Positions 29,689 through 39,236 are shown, numbered from the stretch's first letter. The stretch is 64,000 bases of DNA from Clostridium sp. (GCA_023663705.1 JAMPGY010000005.1:1-64000); one strand, 5' to 3'. The notes: a model not told the origin generated them from the letters alone. A program made the numbers and translations.

Positions 29689-30210
29689 TTAGTTCGTCGA
29701 TGGCTTTTGCCCATTGAGACGTGTCCGGGCTTCCTGTTCCTCGACTAAGGCCTTCACTTTTTTTAGCAGCGCGTTCTCAGCCCGCAGGCGAAGATTCTCA
29801 GCCTGAAGCTTTTCAAGTTCTGTCTGAGGTTCTTTCTTTTTCGGTCTCGCCATAGGATCTTTTGGAGGTCTCACTCGTTTCTTCTTTAAATGCAGGCTTT
29901 CATACCCATCTTTACGAACCATGCTTACCCAGTGCTGCAAGGCTGTCTTTCCAATACGGTATTCTATCCTTACAAGAGCCAAAGGTACGCCTTCTTCTAA
30001 TATTAAACGTACTATTTTCTCTTTTAGTGCGGGTGTAGGACGACAGTGGGGCTGTCTTTCCAGTCCGGCTCGTCCGTATTTATCCCACATCCTTACCCAC
30101 GCCAATATTTGAGTCTCATTTATATGATACTCCTTTGAGAGATGCGCTATGGCTTCTCCGTGTTTTACTCGTTGTACAATGACGAGTCGCTGTTCATAAC
30201 TGTACTTCAT
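29689..30210 (-). mobile_element. IS3-family transposase OrfA (HTH plus leucine-zipper), apparently intact
   Basis: MKYSYEQRLVIVQRV...HTH regions and C-terminal heptad LEKLQAENLRLRAENALLKK; ORF track N-terminal extension is read-through of the upstream palindrome. Confidence 0.75.
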
Positions 30211-30215
30211 AAAAA

Positions 30216-30251
30216 GCACCCCAAAAGTTTTGTGTCCAACTTTTGGGGTGC
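30216..30251. repeat. Tight palindrome copy 1 (GCACCCCAAAAGTT-TTGTGTCC-AACTTTTGGGGTGC), IS-end-like
   Basis: Read in sequence; 5 nt upstream of orfA ATG; arm sequence TGAAT-TGCACCCCAAAAGTT resembles IS3-family terminal IR (5'-TG...). Confidence 0.6.
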
Positions 30252-30444
30252 AATTCAGTTTAGGCGGCCTGTTTCCTGTGTGGATGGCTGTGTCGGCACT
30301 GTCCGGATGACCGGAGGAACGGTGGATAGGCCGATGGCGGAACATCGTGTGGGAAATGACGGGTATGGTGGAAAAAACAGCTACGGTGAATCTCTTTGTA
30401 GCCGGTTTCTTTCAGGCCTTTTCTTCGGTTGGGTCCATCGTCCA

Positions 30445-30532
30445 CCCCCTGTCGAAAAACGGTCAACTCCCTATCGAAAGTCTGTCAACCCCCTATCGAA
30501 AAGTTGTTTGCCCCCTATCGAAAAAGATCAGG
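30445..30532. repeat. Four ~21-24-bp direct repeats with core CCCTATCGAAAAG (second iteron-like array)
   Basis: ccccctgtcgaaaaacggtcaact / ccctatcgaaagtctgtcaac / cccctatcgaaaagttgtttg / ccccctatcgaaaaagatcagg. Confidence 0.7.
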
Positions 30533-30605
30533 AGGCTATCTGACCCTGAACAGACTTCGAAGCAGTCCGACAAGTCTCGTTTTTAACCCTTTCACCCTTG
30601 TCAGA

Positions 30606-30653
30606 ATGAACAGCACCCCAAAAGTTTTGTGTCTAACTTTTGGGGTGCTGTTC
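30606..30653. repeat. Tight palindrome copy 2 with 20-bp arms (TGAACAGCACCCCAAAAGTT-ttgtgtct-AACTTTTGGGGTGCTGTTCA): two IS3-like terminal repeats abutted head-to-head
   Basis: Perfect 20-bp arms read in sequence; near-identical to copy 1 core. Confidence 0.65.
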
Positions 30654-30758
30654 ATAGCAGGAGGTATAAGCCATTAAAGGATATTCGCGACAAGTAAACC
30701 GTATATGAATCGTTATCGATTCTTCCCGCTCTTAACGTTGCCAATGAATAAAAAATAG

Positions 30759-30766
30759 TATATTTG
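30759..30766 (+). promoter_or_regulatory. -7 promoter box TATATTTG for downstream membrane acyltransferase-like gene
   Basis: Consensus match; implies translation start at 30851 rather than ORF-track 30764. Confidence 0.4.
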
Positions 30767-30850
30767 CAAAGGACAAGGGAACATGTATACCCTGTTGCCA
30801 CAAAAACCCTTATCTATACACTCCCTGAACACAGGGCTAAGCAAAATGCC

Positions 30851-31993
30851 ATGAAAAAAAACAGCACTACGCATCCGAGGCTGGAATCATTGGATGTTCT
30901 CCGAGGATTCGATCTTTTCTGCCTTGTTGGACTCGAAGAGTTGATGCACGCTATGCGACACTCTATAAACACACCTTGGTTTGACAAACTCATGTGGGGG
31001 TTCACCCACGCCGACTGGAAAGGCTTCTCCCCATGGGATCTGGTGATGCCCCTCTTCATGTTCATGACCGGCATCACAATACCTTTCGCCTTGTCACGCT
31101 ATAAATCAGAAACACAAGGTGCGCACGTGTACAAACGTATCCTCAGGAGGGTGGTTCTGCTCTGGCTGTTCGGCATGATGTGCCAAGGCAACCTTCTGGG
31201 ACTTAATCCGGACCGCATATATTTCTACAGCAATACGTTGCAAGCCATTGCCGCCGGATATCTGATCGCAGCACTCATCTATCTCAACACTCGCCCCGTC
31301 ACCCAGATCGCCTGGGCAATCGGGCTCTTGGTCATTTACTGGTGTGGTATGGAATTTATCTGTATGGACGGATATGGTGGAGGTATCTACACCCCCGACG
31401 GGAATTTTGCCGAATGGGTGGACCGGATATGTCTGGGACGCTTCCGAGACGGAGCATGGACAGACAACGGCACCGTGATGTTCTCGCCAGGCTATCACTA
31501 CACCTGGATATGGAGCACGCTGACTTTTGGCACAACCACACTGACAGGTGTGTTTGCCGGTCAGCTGCTGAAATCCAAACGTTATTCGGATCACCGGAAA
31601 GTACTGTGGCTGTTGAGCGTGGGCATAGCATTGGTGGTAGCAGGATGGGCTTGGGGCATCTGGCATCCGGTGGTAAAACGCCTTTGGACCGGATCGATGG
31701 TGCTGGTGAGCAGCGGATATTGCTGGATGTTGATGGGACTGTTCTACTATTTTGTAGACTACAAGGGACATCGCAAACACATTGGTTGGCTCAAAGTGTA
31801 TGGCATGAATTCCATCGTGGCCTATATGCTGGCCTGCTGCGTGCGTTTCAACTGTATCGGGAACTCCCTTCTCTACGGGCTGGAACAGTATATTGGCGCC
31901 TACTATCCGGCACTCATCGCTGCGTCCAACGCCCTGCTGCTCTACTTCATCCTGTGGCTGATGTATAAGAACAAAATTTTCCTGAAAGTGTAA
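30851..31993 (+). CDS. Polytopic membrane protein of the HGSNAT-like/DUF1624-DUF5009 acyltransferase family
   Basis: N-terminal RLESLDVLRGFDLF motif characteristic of heparan-alpha-glucosaminide N-acetyltransferase-like proteins; about 11 TM helices. Confidence 0.55.
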   Translation: MKKNSTTHPRLESLDVLRGFDLFCLVGLEELMHAMRHSINTPWFDKLMWGFTHADWKGFSPWDLVMPLFMFMTGITIPFALSRYKSETQGAHVYKRILRRVVLLWLFGMMCQGNLLGLNPDRIYFYSNTLQAIAAGYLIAALIYLNTRPVTQIAWAIGLLVIYWCGMEFICMDGYGGGIYTPDGNFAEWVDRICLGRFRDGAWTDNGTVMFSPGYHYTWIWSTLTFGTTTLTGVFAGQLLKSKRYSDHRKVLWLLSVGIALVVAGWAWGIWHPVVKRLWTGSMVLVSSGYCWMLMGLFYYFVDYKGHRKHIGWLKVYGMNSIVAYMLACCVRFNCIGNSLLYGLEQYIGAYYPALIAASNALLLYFILWLMYKNKIFLKV

Positions 31994-32036
31994 CAGGGAT
32001 GATACAGGAGAAAAACTAACCCTACAGAAAATATCC

Positions 32037-32780
32037 ATGCAAACTATGTTCCGTACCCATCACGCATCCACATTCCGGCGGAGATATACCCGCCATGCCG
32101 GCATGCACGTCTCCGCCTGGTTGCCTCTCCTGCTCTGTCTGGCCACATTGACCGGACTACACGCACAAACGGCAAGCCCCACGGCACAAGCCATGGCCAA
32201 ATTGGGCTTTGTGGATGTACGCCGGGTGGACTCCACCATACAGGTGAGCCTGATGTACTCCCGGGCAGACAACTTCACGGGGCATGTGCTCTACACCGAC
32301 CTTCGTGAGGCCTATCTCCATCCCAAAGCCGCCTCCGCACTGGCTAAAGCACAACGGTTGCTCCGCGAAAAACATCCGGAACTAAGCCTGAAAGTGTATG
32401 ATGCCGCCCGCCCGATGCACATTCAGCAAAGGATGTGGAACACGGTGGCCGGTACTTCAAAGGCCATCTACGTGAGTAATCCTAAAAACGGAGGCGGGCT
32501 GCACAACTACGGCATGGCCGTCGACATCACCTTATGCAACGCCAAGGGAGACACACTGGCCATGGGGACGCACATCGACTATCTGGGGCGCCTGGCTCAC
32601 ATAGACACAGAGGAGGAAATGGAACGGCGCGGAGAGATCTCCAAAGAAGCGCGGCGTAACCGAGAGTTGCTCCGTAGCGTCATGCGTCAAGCCGGTTTCC
32701 GCCCTCTGCGCACCGAATGGTGGCACTTCAACTTCATCACACGGGCCGAAGCGAAGGCCCGCTACAAAGTTATTCCCTGA
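32037..32780 (+). CDS. M15-family D-alanyl-D-alanine dipeptidase (VanX-like), secreted
   Basis: Signal peptide; conserved SRADNFTG, HxxGxAVD (HNYGMAVDI) and EWWHF motifs of VanX-type peptidases; start may be Met23 (32103). Confidence 0.75.
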   Translation: MQTMFRTHHASTFRRRYTRHAGMHVSAWLPLLLCLATLTGLHAQTASPTAQAMAKLGFVDVRRVDSTIQVSLMYSRADNFTGHVLYTDLREAYLHPKAASALAKAQRLLREKHPELSLKVYDAARPMHIQQRMWNTVAGTSKAIYVSNPKNGGGLHNYGMAVDITLCNAKGDTLAMGTHIDYLGRLAHIDTEEEMERRGEISKEARRNRELLRSVMRQAGFRPLRTEWWHFNFITRAEAKARYKVIP

Positions 32781-32788
32781 GAATCCCT

Positions 32789-34003
32789 ATGATCGACGAA
32801 AAGACACAAGAGTTTATCCTGGCACATCGCACAGAGGACGTGAGAACACTGGCTCTGAAACGGACTCCCGATGGAGTGGATGCCATGCTGGCCTTGCAAC
32901 AGATTGAAGGATGGCAGACAGCCGTGCGAAAGCTGCCCTCGTGGGCAACCACGGACGGGCTGTGGTATCCGCCCCGGCTATCAATGGAGCAATGCTCTTC
33001 CGAACAGACGGCTCTCTACAAAAATGAAACGGTGAAACGGTTGCTGAACATCGGAGACAAACCCTCCGATGGATCTATGATGGATCTCACGGGAGGCTTC
33101 GGCATCGACTTCAGTTTTCTGGCTCCGCTCTTCGCCCGAGCCGTCTATATGGAACGTCAGCCGGAACTGTGCCGCATCGCCCGCCACAATTTCAACGTAC
33201 TTCGGCTCCACCATGCAGAGATTATGGAAACCGATTCCTCCGCACAACCGCAAGATTGGCCAAACGTGGAACTCTGCTTTGTCGATCCGGCCAGAAGGGA
33301 TGCGTCCGGACGAAAGACCGTGGCCATAGACGATTGCACACCGAACCTGAAACTACTACAGGAGCATATCCAAAGAAAAGCCCGGTTGTGCCTGGTGAAA
33401 CTTTCGCCCATGCTGGACATACATGCCGCTGTGGGAAGTCTGAACGGAGTGAGCGAGGTGCATGCCGTTTGCGTACAAGGCGAATGTAAGGAATTGCTGC
33501 TGGTCATGCAGCCCCGACAGACGGGAACCACACACTACCATTGTGTCAACATCACTGCGGGACAAACAGAACGTTTTGTTTTCTCGGCAACCGAGGAGGC
33601 CAAGGCTCAATGCCACTACACCGAACAGGTGGGACACTTTCTGTATGAACCCAACGCCGCCATCCTGAAGTGCGGCGGCTACCGATGCCTGGCACAACGA
33701 TACGGACTACTCAAACTCCACCCAAACAGCCATCTCTACACATCGGACAATCTGTGTGAAAACTTTCCGGGGCGCACGTTCACCGTCGAAGGATTATCCG
33801 GATTCGGCAAGAAGGAACTGCACGACCTCCTGCACGGATTGCCCCAAGCCAATCTGACCGTGCGTAACTTTCCGGCCGGTGTGGCAGAAATGCGCAAACG
33901 CCTACGGTTGAAAGAGGGCGGAGACACCTATCTGTTTGCCACCCTTCTGAACAATGAGAGACACATCCTGATCAAATGCCGTAAACTGCAGAATAAGCGG
34001 TAA
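32789..34003 (+). CDS. Class I SAM-dependent methyltransferase (putative nucleic-acid N-methyltransferase)
   Basis: Motif I MDLTGGFGIDF, FVDPARRD motif IV-like; start set to MIDEK (32789) just after upstream stop. Confidence 0.55.
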   Translation: MIDEKTQEFILAHRTEDVRTLALKRTPDGVDAMLALQQIEGWQTAVRKLPSWATTDGLWYPPRLSMEQCSSEQTALYKNETVKRLLNIGDKPSDGSMMDLTGGFGIDFSFLAPLFARAVYMERQPELCRIARHNFNVLRLHHAEIMETDSSAQPQDWPNVELCFVDPARRDASGRKTVAIDDCTPNLKLLQEHIQRKARLCLVKLSPMLDIHAAVGSLNGVSEVHAVCVQGECKELLLVMQPRQTGTTHYHCVNITAGQTERFVFSATEEAKAQCHYTEQVGHFLYEPNAAILKCGGYRCLAQRYGLLKLHPNSHLYTSDNLCENFPGRTFTVEGLSGFGKKELHDLLHGLPQANLTVRNFPAGVAEMRKRLRLKEGGDTYLFATLLNNERHILIKCRKLQNKR

Positions 34004-34063
34004 GACATACGGAAATCATCCTCCGGAAGATCATTGTGGACCCTCCGGCTGTCATGATCACCC

Positions 34064-34978
34064 TCAAGCCTGCATCTTATAGTGCTTAGGAGAACACCCG
34101 GTGTGCTTCTTGAAATATTGTCCGAAAAAGGACTGATTGGCAAAATTGAGCTGATAGGCCACCTCCTGAATATTCAGACCGGAAAACTTCAACAGGTTCT
34201 TAGCTTCCTGCACCACAAATTCATCGATCCATACGGAAGCTGATTTTCCACTCACCTTCTTAATAAGCATACTCAGATATTTGGGACTCACGTGCATCTG
34301 CGACGCATAGAAACCGACAGACCGCTCAGAACGGAAATTCTGAGACAACAAACGGACGAACGTCTTGAAGTGCAATTCGCTCTGGGTAGACCGGCTGTCG
34401 TCGATTGTCAGACGAGAACAATCGGCAAAGAACACATACATCAATTTATAGAAAAACAACGTGATGGACGACTTGACCAATTCATCATAAAACAGATTGG
34501 ATTTGTCGCCACGTATGTGCTCGGCAATCATCGCACAATGTCCTTCCAACTCCCGGCAATCCTCTGCCCGGGCATCGAAAACCGAGTTCCGCTGCTGATA
34601 GCGGAAATAAGGAAGCATCTTTCGGCCGTCCACATTGAGTGTGCCCAGAAATTCCGGATCAAGAATGACCACAGCCAGACGGCAGGCAGTGGTGTCGCCT
34701 CCCTGTACAATCATACCGGGCTTGCACGAGAATATGGTGTTCTTCTCCAAGCGACACTCCTCCAAATCACAAGTGAAATTCATACTACCTTCCAGACACA
34801 CCACCAGAACAAACGCATTGATGCGGCGGGGAAACTTGAAAAGGTTGATATTTGCCCCTTCCTCGCCGGATAAATATACAATACATTTGTCCTCATATAA
34901 ACAACCGCGGTCTCCCGGCTGACGGGTTTTCCAAAAGGTAGATACCGAAAAATTATCAATCATATCCGTTTTCTTCAT
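34064..34978 (-). CDS. AraC-family transcriptional regulator
   Basis: C-terminal dual HTH (…VAYQLNFANQSFFGQYFKKHTGCSPKHYK), N-terminal cupin-like sensor. Confidence 0.85.
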   Translation of the reverse strand: MKKTDMIDNFSVSTFWKTRQPGDRGCLYEDKCIVYLSGEEGANINLFKFPRRINAFVLVVCLEGSMNFTCDLEECRLEKNTIFSCKPGMIVQGGDTTACRLAVVILDPEFLGTLNVDGRKMLPYFRYQQRNSVFDARAEDCRELEGHCAMIAEHIRGDKSNLFYDELVKSSITLFFYKLMYVFFADCSRLTIDDSRSTQSELHFKTFVRLLSQNFRSERSVGFYASQMHVSPKYLSMLIKKVSGKSASVWIDEFVVQEAKNLLKFSGLNIQEVAYQLNFANQSFFGQYFKKHTGCSPKHYKMQA

Positions 34979-35210
34979 CCTCTGTCCAGATTGTAGCTCG
35001 GCAAATTTAAAATCTTATTCTTCAAACGCACATACCTAACACCATTTTTAACCATAAAATATGGAATAGTCATTAAAAAAAAGAGATGTTGAAGAGCCAT
35101 TCGCTACAACAAAGAACAAAAACAGCTCCGCAGACACAAAGAAGAACATGAAGAAGGCGGAGGCGAGCACCTGAGAGCACCCCGCCTCCGCCTTCTCCGC
35201 CAATGCAGAC

Positions 35211-35834
35211 TCAATCAAAAACCTTAAAGGCATATCCCTGCTGCCGCAACCAGTCGAGCGATTCCGGTAAGGCTGTCCGCAGCTTGTCGATACTCTTGAG
35301 TGAATCGTGGAATGTGATGATGGATCCGTTGCGGGCATAACGCTTCACATTTTCCACCACATCATCCGCCGTGATGCGCTTGCTATAGTCGCGCGTCACC
35401 AAGTCCCACATCACAATGCGGTAGCTTCCTGCAAGCGCATGATATTGCATCCAGCGCATCCACCCGTGAGGAGGACGGAACAGGTCGGTCCGCAATAGTT
35501 CGTTGGCCTTGTCCGCATTGGCCAGATAGTTGGAACTCAAATAACGGAATCCTCCAATATGATTGAAAGTGTGGTTACCTATCCTGTGTCCGCGTTCCAC
35601 CACCATGCGATAGACATCGGGATGTTTTCTCACATTGTCGCCCACCATAAAGAAAGTGGCCTTGATGCCGAAACTATCGAGCGTGTCGAGCACAAAAGGA
35701 GTAGCCTCGGGGATGGGACCGTCATCGAAAGTGATGTACACCGCTTTCTCATGACGATCCATCCGCCATAGCGCCTTAGGATATATCCACCGCAAGAAGA
35801 CAGAGGGTTGCTCTATAATCATAACGATTGACAA
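35211..35834 (-). CDS. Polysaccharide deacetylase (CE4 family)
   Basis: TFDDGP motif 1, HxxxH (GNHTFNH) motif 2; 207 aa. Confidence 0.85.
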   Translation of the reverse strand: MSIVMIIEQPSVFLRWIYPKALWRMDRHEKAVYITFDDGPIPEATPFVLDTLDSFGIKATFFMVGDNVRKHPDVYRMVVERGHRIGNHTFNHIGGFRYLSSNYLANADKANELLRTDLFRPPHGWMRWMQYHALAGSYRIVMWDLVTRDYSKRITADDVVENVKRYARNGSIITFHDSLKSIDKLRTALPESLDWLRQQGYAFKVFD

Positions 35835-35837
35835 ATG

Positions 35838-38800
35838 TTACATACGCATGCCACGGCTGTAGCATCGCTGCTCATAATCATTCAGAATCTTTGTGTATTC
35901 CTCCGCCTTCTTCGGGTCTATCTTGTCATAGGCCTGTGCGATGTCGCTCAACAGATAGAGGTGATACATGCAGTCGTCCGATGAATTGAAGAAGCGCTTG
36001 TCGCTCAAACTCAGATACCAGTCGAGATACTCCATGGAGTTGCGTGCCACAGCATCATAGATTTTGCTTCCTTCAGCAATCTTGTTGAGCATGAACCAGC
36101 TGCGTGCCAAAGTGAGCGAACCGCTCTGATAGTTGTGGGGAACAGATGATTCCGGTATCATTTGTTCGGCATAAGCCAATGCCTTCAGTGCCTTATCTGT
36201 CTTGCCCTCACGTAGAAGTTCGGCCACCAGCTGGGCAAACAAGCGACGATGGGTGTAGCACATGCGCATCACCGTCTCGTCGAGATAAATGCCCGGCGTG
36301 TCCAGACCGCCAAACTTGAACCGGTTCATCAGGTTATCATACATGCGCCCGGTGTCCACACGACGACCGCTCTCCTCCGTATTGAATGGCGTGATGCGAT
36401 TGGCCAGCCCTTCCTGCACGAAGTTCTTACCCATATCTCCATAGTTGTCCGACCCCACAGTGGTGGCAATATAGAGGGGGCGTTCCCAATTGCTGCTTGC
36501 CAGCATCTCGAGCATCATCAACTCGCTCTTGTAGATGACGCGGCGTCCCTTCAGAGAGATGTGCATGACATCGGGTATGGAGTCTGCGGCAATCATCATA
36601 CCGGAACGTTTCACGGCCTCCTTGTCCACTGTCAACACAATACTGTCCGTGGGTATGATTTGGAGATTCGCATCCTCATTGAGCACCCAACGGTCTATGA
36701 TGTTTCTCAATTCGTAGGGATTTTCACCCAAGGCTTCTTTCATAGCAGCCGAATCCGCCACTTCGCAATAGTAGTCTATCACACCGGACAATGCCTCCGG
36801 ATGAATCTGCACACCTTCACGCGTTCCACCCACATATTGCAGACGGCTCCAGCTGATGGGCACAGAAGGAGAATCGTAGGCCGGACGTTTCATCTGGTCG
36901 ATATACCAGTCGGTCTGCAGATAACTGAAGTTGCATACACGCACGTCCGTGCGGAAACCTTCAGTCTCCTGATTGTACCACAAGGGGAAGGTGTCGTTGT
37001 CTCCATTCGTGAAAATAATGGGGCATCCGTCCTGAGGAAGAGATTGCAGATAGTTCTGTCCGAAGTCGCGACAAGTGTAGCGGTTGCTGCGATCGTGATC
37101 GTCCCAGTTCTGTGCGGCCATTTGCACGGGCACAGCCAAACAGACCAATGAAACCAGCGAGGCGGCCACAGTTTCCTGCACTCTCAACCGGCGCAGACCA
37201 TCCGCCAAAGCAGCAACACCCATGCCCACCCAAATGGCATAGGCATAGAACGAACCGGCATAGGCATAATCCCGCTCACGCGGTTGCATCGGTGTCTGAT
37301 TAAGGTAGAGCACAATGGCGATACCTGTCATGAAGAACAGGAAGAATACCACCCAAAACTGCTTTGTGCCCTCTTCATTCTTATAAGCCTGCCAGAAGAG
37401 TCCGAGCAAACCGAGTAGCAGGGGGAGACAGTAGTATACGTTATGCCCCTTGTTGTTTCTCAAATCAGAAGGCAACTTATCCTGATCGCCCAAACGGAGG
37501 TTGTCAATCATCGGTATACCGGACAACCAGTTGCCATGCTCAATCTCTCCGTTACCCTGTATGTCGTTCTGCCTGCCGGCAAAGTTCCAAAGGAAATAAC
37601 GCCAGTACATAAAGTTCAATTGGTAGCTGATGAAGAAGCGCAGGTTCTCCATCTGTGTGGGCACTTTCACCGTTATCGTCTCTCCACAACGATCGTACAG
37701 CACATTCTTTCCGTCCACACCTCCCATCCAATCTTCATAGGCCCGTCCATGAGCCGACGAATGCATGCGGGGGAACAACATGTTCTGTGCATACTGATAA
37801 TCCTGGTCATAACGTATGATTTCATAGGCATCCTTCTCATCGGCCGTTCGCTTTTCCACCCGCTGATACACGGGTGCTCCCTGCTTGGACACAGGTACGC
37901 AATAGCCGTCGGCCGCCTTGAGTTTCATCTGCGAGGTGTAGGCCGGCCCGTAAAACAACGGAGTTTTGCCGTATTGCTCACGGTTGAGGTAAGTGCCCAA
38001 GGTGAAAATGTCTTCGGGAGAGTTCTGATCCATCGGAGTGTTTGCCGTGGAACGGATGACAATAACGGCATAGGACGAATAACCCACCATAATCATCAAC
38101 ATGCACAACAGGGAAGTGTTCATCACACGCGCACTGATCAGGTGCTTCCCTTCACGCTTGTAGAAGAGCACCACCGCCACCAAAGCGAGCACCACCATAC
38201 CGACAAACAGACTGCTCCAGCCATAACCGTAGAAAGGTATTCCCAACATGGCCAGCGTACACATATAGGAGATATTCATGCGAAGACGGGAATGCAGAAC
38301 AAAGGTTTCCCGAATGGCCCACAGCACCACTGTTATCAGGCAGATGATGTAGATGACGAGTCCCACATTGAACGAAAAACCGAGGAAATTGACAAAGAAC
38401 AATTCAAACCATCCTCCCACCTTCACAATGCCAGGTACAATGCCATAGAGCACCACTGCCACCAAAACTACCGATGCAAACAACGCCATCAACGAGCCTT
38501 TCAGATTGGCCTTCGGATTTCTCCGGTAGTAGTATACCAGCACCAAAGCAGGCAGACACAACAGGTTGAGCAGATGCACGCCGATGGAAAGTCCTGTCAG
38601 ATAGGCGATCAGAATCAACCAACGGTCGCTATGAGGCTCATCCGCATGTTCTTCCCATTTGAGAATAAGCCAAAAGACAAGGGCTGTGAACAGCGATGAA
38701 TAGGCATAAACCTCGCCTTCCACTGCGCTGAACCAAAACGTGTCGCTAAAAGTATAGACCAATGCACCCACCAGTCCGCTACCCTCAATGACAATCAGCC

Positions 38801-39146
38801 GTCCCAAGGTCATGACCTGACCGACAGGGCTTACCAGCTTGCGCGTCAGGTGTGTGATGCTCCAAAACAGGAACAAGATACATCCGGCACTGAATAGAGC
38901 CGACATGAGGTTGACCATACGTGCCACTTGCGTGGGATCATCCACAAATTGAGAGAACAAATTAGCCGTCAACATAAAGAAGGGCGCACCGGGGGGATGG
39001 CCCACCTCCAGCTTATATGCTGTGGTTATAAATTCGGGACAATCCCAGAAACTGGCCGTGGGCTCAATCGTGGAACAATACACGAAGGCCGCGATGGCAA
39101 ATGTAATCCAACCCATCAGGCTGTCTACAAGTTTGAATTGCTTCAT
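35838..39146 (-). CDS. Large DUF2723-family membrane protein (GT-C/PMT-like glycosyltransferase fold) with C-terminal TPR-like region
   Basis: 1102 aa; many N-terminal TM helices, family assignment from memory of Bacteroidales DUF2723 proteins; stop 3 nt before deacetylase start. Confidence 0.5.
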   Translation of the reverse strand: MKQFKLVDSLMGWITFAIAAFVYCSTIEPTASFWDCPEFITTAYKLEVGHPPGAPFFMLTANLFSQFVDDPTQVARMVNLMSALFSAGCILFLFWSITHLTRKLVSPVGQVMTLGRLIVIEGSGLVGALVYTFSDTFWFSAVEGEVYAYSSLFTALVFWLILKWEEHADEPHSDRWLILIAYLTGLSIGVHLLNLLCLPALVLVYYYRRNPKANLKGSLMALFASVVLVAVVLYGIVPGIVKVGGWFELFFVNFLGFSFNVGLVIYIICLITVVLWAIRETFVLHSRLRMNISYMCTLAMLGIPFYGYGWSSLFVGMVVLALVAVVLFYKREGKHLISARVMNTSLLCMLMIMVGYSSYAVIVIRSTANTPMDQNSPEDIFTLGTYLNREQYGKTPLFYGPAYTSQMKLKAADGYCVPVSKQGAPVYQRVEKRTADEKDAYEIIRYDQDYQYAQNMLFPRMHSSAHGRAYEDWMGGVDGKNVLYDRCGETITVKVPTQMENLRFFISYQLNFMYWRYFLWNFAGRQNDIQGNGEIEHGNWLSGIPMIDNLRLGDQDKLPSDLRNNKGHNVYYCLPLLLGLLGLFWQAYKNEEGTKQFWVVFFLFFMTGIAIVLYLNQTPMQPRERDYAYAGSFYAYAIWVGMGVAALADGLRRLRVQETVAASLVSLVCLAVPVQMAAQNWDDHDRSNRYTCRDFGQNYLQSLPQDGCPIIFTNGDNDTFPLWYNQETEGFRTDVRVCNFSYLQTDWYIDQMKRPAYDSPSVPISWSRLQYVGGTREGVQIHPEALSGVIDYYCEVADSAAMKEALGENPYELRNIIDRWVLNEDANLQIIPTDSIVLTVDKEAVKRSGMMIAADSIPDVMHISLKGRRVIYKSELMMLEMLASSNWERPLYIATTVGSDNYGDMGKNFVQEGLANRITPFNTEESGRRVDTGRMYDNLMNRFKFGGLDTPGIYLDETVMRMCYTHRRLFAQLVAELLREGKTDKALKALAYAEQMIPESSVPHNYQSGSLTLARSWFMLNKIAEGSKIYDAVARNSMEYLDWYLSLSDKRFFNSSDDCMYHLYLLSDIAQAYDKIDPKKAEEYTKILNDYEQRCYSRGMRM

Positions 39147-39236
39147 GGTTAATCTATTATATTATGATTCATTTTAATCTTCTCAATCTTGCAAAAATAC
39201 GAAGTTTTTCGGCTATGCTTATAAGTTTAGGAAACT

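Noticed and set aside
30142-30677. Plus-strand ORFs 30142..30543, 30347..30586 and 30429..30677 in the islet
   Set aside because: They are translations across iteron repeats and palindromes (repeated peptide TPKV..FGVLF arises from the palindrome). They oppose the IS orfA frame.
36249-38699. Plus-strand ORFs of 300 and 418 aa inside the DUF2723 gene
   Set aside because: They are antisense to a 1102-aa ORF with consistent TM topology. The composition (His/Arg-rich) is typical of reverse-frame noise.
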